From a virus (taxonomy: Duplodnaviria; Caudoviricetes): DNA of 28,955 bases. The translations under genes were made by a program, and so were the position numbers. Below are positions 19,301 through 25,414 of the stretch, piece by piece; positions within the stretch are counted from its first letter, which is position 1; every line of letters begins with the position of its first letter. The notes beneath the pieces are model-generated. The model did not search any database, was not told where the DNA came from, and saw nothing but the letters and a program-made list of their open reading frames with translations. The stretch is from the IMG/VR virus record IMGVR_UViG_3300042347_000438, positions 1 to 28,955 of that record; one strand, 5' to 3'.

Positions 19301-21291
19301 TCCCGATCGACACATCGACGCCGGCCGGCCGTGCAGCCGAAGGCCTCAAGGCCCTACTCAAGTCGATGCACGAGTATCGCACCGCCGCCGGCGAAAAGCT
19401 TGGCGAGGTCGAAGATTACTTCCCGTCCGTCTACGACTCGTTCCGGATCTCCGAAGAAGCCCATCTGTTCAAGGCAGACGCCAAGCGTGCCTACATGCTT
19501 GAGCTCGCCAACGAATTCCAGGGCCAGGAGCTCGAAGACATGGCTGAAAAGAAAGCCCGTGAGCTCACCCTTTCGCACATCCGTGGCGAAGGAGAGGGTC
19601 AGTTCAAGAGCTTCTTTGAGGACGGAGCTCCGCAGATGGGGGAGAATTCCGCAAAGAGCCGTAAATTCGGAGTCGAGGCCCAGAAGATCATGAGCAAGTG
19701 GCAGATCAAGGACCCGTATCGTGTGATCTCCCGATACATCTCCGGAGCTACCAAGAGCGCAGAAGTCGTCCGTCGCCTCGGCGAAGACGGCAAGAAGTGG
19801 CGCAAGATGGTTGCGTCCATGGAGAAGGACGGCGTCGCCTACGACCGGATCGATGAGCTCCGTGACCTTCTGAAGGCATCCGTCGGCATTGGCCGGCGTG
19901 CGAACAGCAAGGCCGAACAGACCTTCATCGACATCATGGGCCTCTACACGGCCGGCTCCGTGATGGGCCGTTCGTTCATGAACAACATGTTTGAGCCCGG
20001 ATCCATGGGCATGCGTTCCGGCCATCTCGGCCTGGGCCTCCTGGCCTATGCGGAGACCTGGGGTCGCACGATCCGAAACGGAGTCAGATCCGTGACCGGC
20101 GAGCGCCTGGACAAGACGTTCTGGGAGAAGTACGCAGAGCAGATCGGCACGATCAGCGCCGACATCAACGACGCCTGGATGAACAGCCACTCCATTGAGG
20201 TCGATGGCGACCGTTCCGATCCTCGCATCAATTGGCTTACGAGCCGGGTGTACCAGGCCAACCTTCTCCAGATGACGGAAAATGCGAAGCTCCAGGCGTC
20301 TCACGCCATCGGCTTCAAGTTCCTCGTCAACCTGGCCGAGATGCAGCAGGGCAAGAGCTGGATGAACGCCCTTGACGTGACCGAGTCCGTGAAGTCCAAC
20401 CTCCGTGAGCTCGGCATCGCCGACGCAGATCATGCTGCGTTCTCCAGCTGGATGATGAGACTTAACAAGCTCAACGACGCCGGCCGTATGCGTGCCATGA
20501 CCAGCGGAGGCAAGATGTCCAAGATGCTTGAGACGGCCATGACCAAGTTCTCGATGCAGTCGTCCGTCCGTGCTAACCGTGCCCACAAGCCCGTCTTCCA
20601 GGACGGAGCAATTGGCAAGACCCTGTTCCAGCTGATGAGCTACGCTTACGCCTATGCAGCGGAGGTCAATTCACGGACGTACAGCTACGCAAAGAGCGCC
20701 CTTACGTCTGCTCCGGCCGGCAAGTCCTACGCCGTAGGTGACCGCATCCGTTTCATGGCTCCTCTGATGATGATGCCCCTCGGCATCATTGCCTTCCGTC
20801 AGATGTTCAAGCTCAAGGATGAGGTCTATCCGACCGAGTACAGCGAGAAGCACAAAAACGATCCTTGGTGGATGAAGTGGCTCAACGCCGCATCCTACGC
20901 CGGCGGTTTCGGCCCGAAGGTCGAAATGGCTACCAAGTACGTCATGCGTGATCAGCCTCCTGGCGGTCCGCTTGGACAGCTTGTCGTGGGCGGTGCTCGT
21001 GTCGCAAAGGATGCCGTCTCTAACCAGCTCCAGGGCAAGCCCCAGGACAGCGTCAAGCGACAGGCTGCAAAGGTCGCCGTACCGCCGATCAAAGCAGCTA
21101 CCGTCATCGGAGCTACCGCAGCCCACCCGGCCGCAGGAGCTGTCGCAAACCAGGTCGCAAACAGCACGCTTTGGTCCAACGCCATGACCGAAAAGCCGAA
21201 GACCGGTCCGAAGCCCCCGAAGGACGACTACCAAAAGGAGATTGATCGGGAAAACCGTATCCTTAAAAAGGAGAACGCACCTCCTAAATAA
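10378..21291 (+). CDS. Giant multidomain virion/ejection protein (polyvalent-protein-like): zincin HExxH, RadC/JAB domains, repeated unknown domain, helical C-terminal region
   Basis: Uninterrupted 3,637-aa ORF at the position of the largest ejection protein. It has Gly/Ala hydrophobic N-terminal segments, HEISH at 11839-11853, a JAB motif E...HNHPS...S..D at 12907-13101 and ten SED linker motifs. A helical C-terminal region of about 790 aa includes 'YFPSVYD'. Confidence 0.85.
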   Translation: MAKDINEIISMGTPMENDQTAGSPWMPGSSVSAANLEDGQDLVISKGGKLLRVKYNKATGKLQHTDEKMEPMTPAGGSGYGAYNVPMMPAMAQKVTSIDPSEIEAFATGNSALEQFGKSAARAAPSAIAGAGGFMLGMEAGAPFVGVPVVGPAIPFVTGLAGSMMAAGGTQAALDSAGWLQPGDAEREAINQLQNPNATIAGNFAPTLLSFRPSATILKQAAGLEGAMAQKAALGTMAKGGLLNTGIAYGSNMAHAAVHGAQSTDRLTAFGRSLLPGADIEQEWGGSFGEHMGGIAKEFALGAGVLHKPWLAGTPFHNLAAKIGGKPQNMVTFTGAPTYNARVAQMAHVTASMQAAAQRRSQQEAAQLEGVDVDAAREAPVFNAGLNAKERAGIDKIKSMLTEAWNQKVISKEQHDVAQTITDTLGREMLKHIELTQIGGNADVLGKSEPSKTDANAQAAKQTRALLNSVTVFARAIETGRFHDTFIHEISHPAFESLSKDQQRRVFEDMVRERVRARSESRVLDTVLNIMGIRNDNGGNTSDWHFKSHKFSERDMLLILRELRSSGIETRDKTGREIFALNKDDGTYRLNPNFFDGQTLSENIWHTKRLNRLESVREFFTEEMAKGILARGKYDVKWGAIKNNKIRNFIISTYHGMVAALERVMGKRAAVDHIIDQITKGHFKNVTRTGTGEIAPAEARTMADGRVIDVTTKRTDAHLQTLKKGLGELQAKEPGLYRAKYAHRIQQIGDMLFDSEQQDAASAEAVEAQVESQAPQPRLSEDDASPGLPRDAKEALKKLGIKDTVIGNVVRHSTIGHIESDYPVITSGEQAAHVFRSTAQATQESMQVLVTDKDGRPLEIYRHTMSEPGSSQLSPMIMLSQALGVKGAKNIWITHNHPSETFSFSSADEIAYDNTKRTLKNTGIKLAGFLAIAGKRFAHVGPGTMGHVTENNAIPDRTGGQTHRIPIVERRFSIPRGGPEDHLDTQSGHNELGQRLLIKRLLSDKPGVIFLDRNSMAVGKQEISIEKMQKLGHTGVRNLLGAFDRSGATNMIVSVGDGSIPIDVRELAAKNVTNMVAQVKGYGMELGVKAVLTNDGDARSPNTILKTPHHGDRSEGFKSEDAQDAVFDRGEDETRVGVGKIKPLHRAPNTPFPMVADKLKEFGITSGYLNQFSEHAIVGEVKTGVTEVRTAGDVASLMHDYAGTLAQGQTMILIVGADGKPVQVGLHMVDKSQMTGNNDIIKPMWGVLAGQAVSTPGAKEAWFVRINNDLRPNQLENPITDTAVESETSLKNLLEGSGIRYRGVVMMAGRNYSSMEYQDGVQRPDMGAYKFDVNTVKPMPIQVKPPTGTIPLTERRYSTRSQIPYEAGVQMPDRTEPSENASWGRTEAGTQKKLNELLGGQPGVMFRTSSGKVTGVFPMTIDEMTNIRNSPAQRSLLAMMDRGGVNWGFVSVGDNDSSTPEVRKATSNINAFLKQMGLKVIDTYGRSKMPIDSDPENLSIHDWKSEDSDTVDLNDGLLDMSHQYRPGAQQMPGFESDGNLFKGKDGYVLGTISTDDLAGGTITGEHGNNVFMQPGRKVSIVLPEGVEFDRYEKGQGKGGYGRAHAGRAGGNKLQEIFDKLGMTPDEAIKFITENFKHGFINPKNPEVIELKLPFAGNFKLGNGVNDPMGLKMMIRIVPKVVDKDGNLVATVQNIIPDKYSRSVREQHPRFGSRLMPEQTKALFKPREFSGEHPGDANITQDKSINQHEYFSGSLETRPTMVERKGYTEKEGFQKDKDYQMWSEDDSASYNGRAESLFKNDRVVGPEEIKGGFLAWMNSTKEMAKEHLFELPWPGNGERGTFEQDEAFNAGRRAQHATIDQVLAKLTKQKGFNPMTLKPGMLKRVIASSQEATLQAFKELVRVASNVHEFVIDQPADIDGNREWGHVKRYHASIIKQVQLGMEAGVISKQHGLEIIEMANEVRSRTFTAFDNYRKENGGDRENYSEDSENMRIPGGARDEAMKRRPKQPIKTYLNIGHGDVEGEYGNARLKGNFKPEDTFLYTYNHGNGRFNYQNIAEMAQAAGVEAKNADDFAHGMGGNGIENNLRLGRNDTGTTGRIEIDHEAQRILVSAGSGKGKLDPEYTSPKELMSRSDALKEIRDNVERLQAEGKLPKGYKVEGYGFARENRFKENFQERFSEDDGENMRIPGGARDNFQRQSAKVKRQKPIRFWTDVGHADRTDAEGEENTYLWYATKDGEIQVISADELRNSQTPEGYQLIDSSDIPTHSDWETHLEMGNIQGDYGKQPIMELPHGRIDDRGDVTRISFMDAKNREFSSRPSDYEHNREQIKNKLAEFMGKKAEDMPGYDFSAGMTPERFSEDAENMRSPGGARDAAMKRRPVTPARISMYYTDIGHPEGRYYKASAGVEVNPDSSQQYLWAFNQHGEFNMISVKDLTEQYEAKRRRGQGRGADGRLMDQYNESDITHSQWMAVTGDKLDFRKVGSGRLDIMPDGKIRMSWAAGSEMDSTEAREAKAEEIKFNASTFLNGEGKRAARVSPDKIAGYVWDSSGSGSEPGRFSEDAENGVFPNQNKAKGRIPDVRIRNGETDLGVVLAPGEILDSKGLRIRTQGSQAGLHWGEIGHDEAPWDGDPAVRDAFESGNLQDAFRDADNSLFAFDSEAGEIDVEFTRDYETHLARWGDGPQEYWDSRGEDNKNWGKIDPRYTYLGRIEVPVIGKDGTLLRRGRISLAKNSADVSWIDTSSDMTRADMPPGLLQKIREEATRQAVQEYSYLDRYGEPKTKEQAPKPDHFDIYGFGMESEKAQMGFSEKDYGPLKLSEDSVEGYRELAERPIGEGKEGRDRLNSMVARMSEDSDTVSEPPFVPPSVAPNKSNLEIAKDIVTARFFTGISTKAHEIAAAFPNSRAAKAVANLIHARAGAEAGVTQLDMPTAIMKERTKRMNEFFDIMSPLRSEFASMTKADRDLAYRELADMITGEIPIDTSTPAGRAAEGLKALLKSMHEYRTAAGEKLGEVEDYFPSVYDSFRISEEAHLFKADAKRAYMLELANEFQGQELEDMAEKKARELTLSHIRGEGEGQFKSFFEDGAPQMGENSAKSRKFGVEAQKIMSKWQIKDPYRVISRYISGATKSAEVVRRLGEDGKKWRKMVASMEKDGVAYDRIDELRDLLKASVGIGRRANSKAEQTFIDIMGLYTAGSVMGRSFMNNMFEPGSMGMRSGHLGLGLLAYAETWGRTIRNGVRSVTGERLDKTFWEKYAEQIGTISADINDAWMNSHSIEVDGDRSDPRINWLTSRVYQANLLQMTENAKLQASHAIGFKFLVNLAEMQQGKSWMNALDVTESVKSNLRELGIADADHAAFSSWMMRLNKLNDAGRMRAMTSGGKMSKMLETAMTKFSMQSSVRANRAHKPVFQDGAIGKTLFQLMSYAYAYAAEVNSRTYSYAKSALTSAPAGKSYAVGDRIRFMAPLMMMPLGIIAFRQMFKLKDEVYPTEYSEKHKNDPWWMKWLNAASYAGGFGPKVEMATKYVMRDQPPGGPLGQLVVGGARVAKDAVSNQLQGKPQDSVKRQAAKVAVPPIKAATVIGATAAHPAAGAVANQVANSTLWSNAMTEKPKTGPKPPKDDYQKEIDRENRILKKENAPPK
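16327..18822 (+). repeat. Four tandem diverged protein-level repeats (about 180-260 aa) inside the giant gene
   Basis: Each unit has [YW]xx[IV]GH, L[YWF]x[YAF], a second His (FAH/TH), GR[IL] and a terminal [GI]Yx[FW]. Units begin at SED motifs at 16327, 16906, 17449 and 18049. The first three start with ENMRxPGGARD. Confidence 0.85.
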
Positions 21292-21416
21292 TGTCCTACC
21301 TCATCACCGCATTCGTTTTCACCCTGGTTGGCTTCGCCGCCGGCTTTCTGGTTTTTCGCAAGAACCAGGCTCGCATCAACGACGCCGAAGCCAAGGCACG
21401 TGACCTTCTGAAGTGA
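21291..21416 (+). CDS. Small single-pass membrane protein (41 aa; absent from the ORF track)
   Basis: The ATG overlaps the giant gene's TAA. It translates as MSYLITAFVFTLVGFAAGFLVFRKNQARINDAEAKARDLLK and its stop is 1 nt before the next GTG. Confidence 0.75.
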   Translation: MSYLITAFVFTLVGFAAGFLVFRKNQARINDAEAKARDLLK

Positions 21417-21417
21417 C

Positions 21418-22131
21418 GTGAAGCTGGCGACCTTGATCCTCTTGGTCGCCATGGCCGGCTGCTCATCCGTGAGCAAGCCGGAGCCGGAGCCGTCTCCGAA
21501 GCCGGTGTCGCTTGGGTCAGTTAGCGCCGGCCTTGATCAGATCGACAAGGCCGTAGCTGCGAGCGTCCAAGTGGCCAGGGAAATGAACAAGGCCGGCAAG
21601 CCAGACAAGGTCGAGGGCGAGCTTTCGGTAGCTGCGGCCAACCTTCCGAAGCCGGACCAGGACGCCGTCAATGTGGCAAGATCCAGAGCCGACAAAGCCA
21701 CGTCTTCCGAGTATGAGGCGCAACGCCAGAAGGCACAGGCAAAGGCTGCACAGCTTGAGAAAGAGTGGGCAGAGCTCGGCAAACAGGTTCGTGAGAACCA
21801 GAAGATCCTGGAGCAAAAGGACGGACAGATCAAAGAGCTCAAGCTCCAGGTCGAAGCCGGCAAGAAAGACATTTGGACCATTACGGGCGCCGGCCTTGTG
21901 GTGATCGGGGGGCTGGCTATGGGCTTTGCCAGCTGGAAAATGGGTGCTCCGTTGCTCCTGGCCGGCGCTTTCTGCGGAGCTATTCCTTACACGCTTGGAA
22001 GTCCGGCTTTCGCCTGGACGGCTGGGGCGACGCTGGCGAGCTGCTGTGCCCTGTTCATCTGGTGGGTGTTCGACAAGGTTAGGGACAACATCAACGAAAA
22101 TGAGCCGCCCCAAAAAGTTCAAAATCGTTGA
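21418..22131 (+). CDS. Lipoprotein with coiled coil and C-terminal TM helices; candidate spanin
   Basis: Signal peptide with lipobox-like 'MAGC' (Cys15), a Pro-rich linker, a coiled coil and 2-3 hydrophobic helices at the C-terminus. Near a holin-like gene. Confidence 0.6.
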   Translation: MKLATLILLVAMAGCSSVSKPEPEPSPKPVSLGSVSAGLDQIDKAVAASVQVAREMNKAGKPDKVEGELSVAAANLPKPDQDAVNVARSRADKATSSEYEAQRQKAQAKAAQLEKEWAELGKQVRENQKILEQKDGQIKELKLQVEAGKKDIWTITGAGLVVIGGLAMGFASWKMGAPLLLAGAFCGAIPYTLGSPAFAWTAGATLASCCALFIWWVFDKVRDNINENEPPQKVQNR

Positions 22132-22354
22132 AAGCGATCTGAAGAAAGACAGAGATGACGGACAGCTCTACCATGTCGGCGCACGCAAATTCAAAATCGT
22201 CATCGACAAGAACCACCGTTCAGAACGGGAAAGGCTGGACACGTTGGTGCACGAGTGTCTCCACATCGGGGATCTCCGGGCCACAGAGCGAAAGATCCGG
22301 CACATGGCCGGCATCATCACGGAAGCCCTCTGGCGACAAGGTTATCGACGATGA
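22100..22354 (+). CDS. Minimal zincin-like protein (HExxH), 84 aa
   Basis: Start reassigned to the ATG at 22100 (MSRPKKFKIV...). It contains 'IVID...RLDTLVHECLH' and a downstream E, with an ATGA overlap into the next gene. Confidence 0.65.
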   Translation: MSRPKKFKIVESDLKKDRDDGQLYHVGARKFKIVIDKNHRSERERLDTLVHECLHIGDLRATERKIRHMAGIITEALWRQGYRR

Positions 22355-22692
22355 ACCGGCAGCAGCGATACCGACTCAAGAACCCAAAGGTTCCGATGAT
22401 CGGGAACGCAAGGCAGCGTGCGAAGCTCTACGGAGTGCCTTGCACGATCAAGCCGGAGGATTTCGAGATCCCGGAATTCTGTCCGGTCCTCGGTGTGAAA
22501 TTAACACATGGATCGAACAAGAGATCAACAGACAGCTCTCCGAGCTTGGACAGATTGATCCCGTCCAGGGGCTATGTGAAGGGCAACGTCACGATCATCA
22601 GCAAGCTGGCCAACACGATCAAGAGCTCGGCCACGCCGGACCAGGTTCGGCTTGTGTACCTGTGGCTTAAAAAGAGAATGAAGAAGCGATGA
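22351..22692 (+). CDS. HNH/His-Me finger-like endonuclease family protein, 113 aa
   Basis: Start at ATG 22351 (ATGA coupling). 'CPVLG...SPSLDRLIPSRGYVKGNVTIISKLANTIKS' matches the common phage SLDRI..KGY..GNV..N..K family. Confidence 0.75.
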   Translation: MNRQQRYRLKNPKVPMIGNARQRAKLYGVPCTIKPEDFEIPEFCPVLGVKLTHGSNKRSTDSSPSLDRLIPSRGYVKGNVTIISKLANTIKSSATPDQVRLVYLWLKKRMKKR

Positions 22693-23015
22693 CGCCTCCC
22701 ATCCAGCCACCGGAAGATCCGAGCAGTCTGCTTGGAGACGGCGCACGATCTGCTGCGATCGGAGTCATCGCCGGCGTCGCAAGGATCATGCTCTCGACGG
22801 AGAAGCAATCTGTCGGATACGTTGCCAGGCGCATGGGTGTCGCCGCCGTTGTCGGCTTCTTTTCTTCCATGTTTGTGGGCGAATACGTCACCTCCGTGAA
22901 GCTTCAGTTCTGCTGTGTCGGAGCCCTATCCTACGCAGCACCAGAGGTTTGTGACTTTACGCTCGGCCTGGTTAGGCAGGGAAGGATGGCCAGAAACTTT
23001 TTCAACAAGTCCTAA
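22689..23015 (+). CDS. Putative holin
   Basis: 108 aa with about three hydrophobic Gly/Ala-rich helices and a basic C-terminus. ATGA overlap; last gene of the cluster. Confidence 0.6.
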   Translation: MTPPIQPPEDPSSLLGDGARSAAIGVIAGVARIMLSTEKQSVGYVARRMGVAAVVGFFSSMFVGEYVTSVKLQFCCVGALSYAAPEVCDFTLGLVRQGRMARNFFNKS

Positions 23016-23059
23016 CTTTTGTAGTGGACACGCCGGCGATCGGCGTCCATTCATCGGTC

Positions 23060-23326
23060 ATGGGCATCGACGCCAAGACCATCGTGAAACGCTTCGGCGG
23101 TCGCATGGAGCTGTATCGTCGGCTCACGGCCATCGGTCACGACATCTCCGTCAAGACCATCGAGAAGTGGATGGAGCGAAACTCCATCCCGACCCAGCGA
23201 CTGATCGTTCTGATGAAGCTCGCCAAGCTCGAAGGCCGGACCCTCAACCTACAAGATTTCATCCAAACCGACAATGAGCTACATGACCCACAAGACGACC
23301 GCCGAGCTCCGAAAGATCTTCGCTGA
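23060..23326 (+). CDS. Cro-like helix-turn-helix regulator
   Basis: Likely start is ATG 23060. 'IVKRFGGRMELYRRL...ISVKTIEKWMERNSIP' fits the Cro/YdaS-like pattern. First gene of the replication module. Confidence 0.7.
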   Translation: MGIDAKTIVKRFGGRMELYRRLTAIGHDISVKTIEKWMERNSIPTQRLIVLMKLAKLEGRTLNLQDFIQTDNELHDPQDDRRAPKDLR

Positions 23327-23693
23327 TCTGGAGGAAGTGATCGACGCCGCAAAGCGGAGCCAGGAGGAAATCTCCCAGCTCCTTCTCCTCCGTCACTCCA
23401 AGCGTTTCCAGGACGAGCTCGCCTCGGCCGGCAAGCAGGACGGCGAAATGACCCGTGAGGTGGACGGCGAGAAACTGACCTTCGCCATCAAGGCCAAGGT
23501 GAAGTGGGACTCCAAGACCCTCCAGGACATCGCCTCCGGCCTCCCCCAGGAAACCGTCTTCAAGGTCTTCAAGATCGACTTCTCCGTACCGGAGCGAACC
23601 TTCAAGGCTCTCACGGACGAAGGCCTCATCTCCCAGCTGACCACGGCTCGAACCGTGGAGTACAGCCAGCCCAAGATCGTCTTCGCCAAGTAA
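23274..23693 (+). CDS. Hypothetical protein of recombination module
   Basis: 139 aa with an N-terminal coiled coil and 'KVKWD' motif. Strong codon bias; directly upstream of the AAA_24 ATPase. Confidence 0.75.
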   Translation: MSYMTHKTTAELRKIFADLEEVIDAAKRSQEEISQLLLLRHSKRFQDELASAGKQDGEMTREVDGEKLTFAIKAKVKWDSKTLQDIASGLPQETVFKVFKIDFSVPERTFKALTDEGLISQLTTARTVEYSQPKIVFAK

Positions 23694-23765
23694 GCCATGG
23701 CAAAACAACCGACGGCCACCGGCGTGCACACGCCCGGCAAGGCACCCATTTCCTCCAAAACCGAC

Positions 23766-24620
23766 ATGATCAAAATCATCAAGGCCGACGAGCGCCTCAA
23801 GCTCGTACCCAAAGTGAACATCGTCCTGTTCGGCCCCTCCGGGGTCGGCAAGACCACCCTCGCCAGGACGCTCGACCCGAAGCGCACCCTGTTCGTGGAT
23901 CTCGAAGCCGGCACCCTGGCCATCCAGGATTGGCCGGGCGACGTCCTCGACGTCCGTGCCGCCTCTCTGGCCACCGGCGCCCATCCGTGGGAAATCGCCC
24001 GTGCCCTGGCCCTGTACATCGGTGGACCCGATCCGTCCGATGCGAACGGCAACTACTCGGCCGGCGTCTACGCCCAGGTCCAGGAGATGTTCTCCTCCAT
24101 CGACCTCAAGAAGTACGACACCATCTTCGTGGACTCGATTACCGTGGCCTCCCGTGAGTGCTTCAAGTGGTCGCAGATCCAGCCCGAAGCCATGAGCGAG
24201 AAGACCGGCAAGCCCGACACCCGTGCGGCCTACGGCCTCCTCGGCCGTGAGATGATCCGCTGGGTCACCCACCTCCAGCACAGTCACCTGTCCGTGATCA
24301 TGGTCGGCATCCTCGACTCCGAGAAGGACGATCTGAACCGGGTCACCTGGAACCCCCAGCTCGAAGGCTCGAAGACCGGCCGTGAGATCCCCGGCATCTT
24401 CGACCAGGTCATGACGCTCCAGAGCTTCAAGACCGACGACGGCGAGATGTATCGTGCCCTCGTCTGCCAGCAACAGAACCCCTGGAGCTACCCGGCCAAG
24501 GATCGCTCCGGCCGGCTTGAGCTCCTCGAAGCTCCGGACCTCGGCGCCATCCTCAAGAAGATCCGTGAGGGCAAGCGTCTCGACACGTCCATCACCACCA
24601 CTCTGCCGAACAAGCAGTAA
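23766..24620 (+). CDS. AAA_24 / Sak4-like P-loop ATPase (recombinase)
   Basis: Walker A GPSGVGKT, 'FVDLEAG', Walker B 'TIFVDSIT' and C-terminal 'AKDRSG'. The ORF track start is 23697, but ATG 23766 (MIKII), preceded by AACCGAC, is preferred. Confidence 0.85.
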   Translation: MIKIIKADERLKLVPKVNIVLFGPSGVGKTTLARTLDPKRTLFVDLEAGTLAIQDWPGDVLDVRAASLATGAHPWEIARALALYIGGPDPSDANGNYSAGVYAQVQEMFSSIDLKKYDTIFVDSITVASRECFKWSQIQPEAMSEKTGKPDTRAAYGLLGREMIRWVTHLQHSHLSVIMVGILDSEKDDLNRVTWNPQLEGSKTGREIPGIFDQVMTLQSFKTDDGEMYRALVCQQQNPWSYPAKDRSGRLELLEAPDLGAILKKIREGKRLDTSITTTLPNKQ

Positions 24621-24643
24621 CTAACCCAAAAAAACAAGAACAC

Positions 24644-25249
24644 ATGTTCAACACCACCAGCGGTCAGCCCGACCCGAAACAGGGCAACACCCTCATCCCC
24701 AACGCCACCCTGGCGAAGGCGGTCGTGAAGGTCCAGAACATCGGCAACTCCAAGCGCACGGGCGCCGAGTACGCCAAGCTCGACCTCGTGATCTGCGAGG
24801 GCGAGTACACCAACCGCCACATCTTCACCGTCGTGATGAACCCGCACGACAAGGATGGGGACAAGGCGGCCGGAGCCAAGATGGGAGAGAAGAACCTCTG
24901 CCACATGCTCGAAGGCGCCGGCCTCATGGATCACACCGATCCGGCCAGCACCGCACAGTTCGACGGCGCCTCCTTCCAGGACGTGCTGACCGCCCTGGAC
25001 GGCAAGGTCGTGGCGATCAAGATCCGTGTCGCTCCTGGCAAGGACGGCTACGAAGACAAGAACGAGGTCGCACAGTACCTGTCGCCGGTCCAGGCGTCCG
25101 GCTCCAAGCGTCTCTGGGAACAGCTGAACGGCTCCACCCCTGTCACGCATGTGCAGAAGCCGGCGTTCAACGTCCAGCCGAAGCCCGTCGCCACCCCCGC
25201 CCCGAAGCCCAGCTCGGCTCCGGCCTGGCTCAAGCGTCCTAACGGCTAA
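24644..25249 (+). CDS. Putative single-stranded DNA-binding protein (DUF669-like)
   Basis: Follows the Sak4-like ATPase. It has an OB-like beta pattern, 'GEYTNRHIF', 'GYEDKNEV' and a Pro/Ala tail ending PAWL. Confidence 0.65.
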   Translation: MFNTTSGQPDPKQGNTLIPNATLAKAVVKVQNIGNSKRTGAEYAKLDLVICEGEYTNRHIFTVVMNPHDKDGDKAAGAKMGEKNLCHMLEGAGLMDHTDPASTAQFDGASFQDVLTALDGKVVAIKIRVAPGKDGYEDKNEVAQYLSPVQASGSKRLWEQLNGSTPVTHVQKPAFNVQPKPVATPAPKPSSAPAWLKRPNG

Positions 25250-25257
25250 CTGATCAC

Positions 25258-25336
25258 GGACCCCGGACGCCACCGGCGAGCTTGACTACGCATCCATGCG
25301 TACGATGCTCTCGGCGTTCGGGGTCTGTTCTTTTCT
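25258..25336 (+). other. Long intergenic hairpin followed by T-rich tract (possible terminator/regulatory RNA)
   Basis: GGACCCCGGACGCC (25258-25271) pairs with GGCGTTCGGGGTCT (25313-25326), 14 bp with two G-U pairs. The apex is TACGCAT-CC-ATGCGTA, and GTTCTTTTCT follows. Confidence 0.55.
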
Positions 25337-25414
25337 AACCGGGGGCGTGGGGATTGCTATCGTGGCGTCGGTTCCATTCCGGCTTCCCTACCGCCCCCTC
25401 CCTTTCTAACCGAC

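Noticed and set aside
10378-21291. Inteins, virion RNA polymerase or DarB-like methylase/helicase within the giant protein
   Set aside because: I found no intein C-terminal HN-[CST] with LAGLIDADG blocks, no DxDGD-type polymerase motif I could support, and no NPP[YF] or helicase Walker motifs.
25341-25398. Canonical tRNA gene
   Set aside because: It is too short and lacks proper D and anticodon arms and a CCA end. It is kept only as a tRNA-like structure finding.
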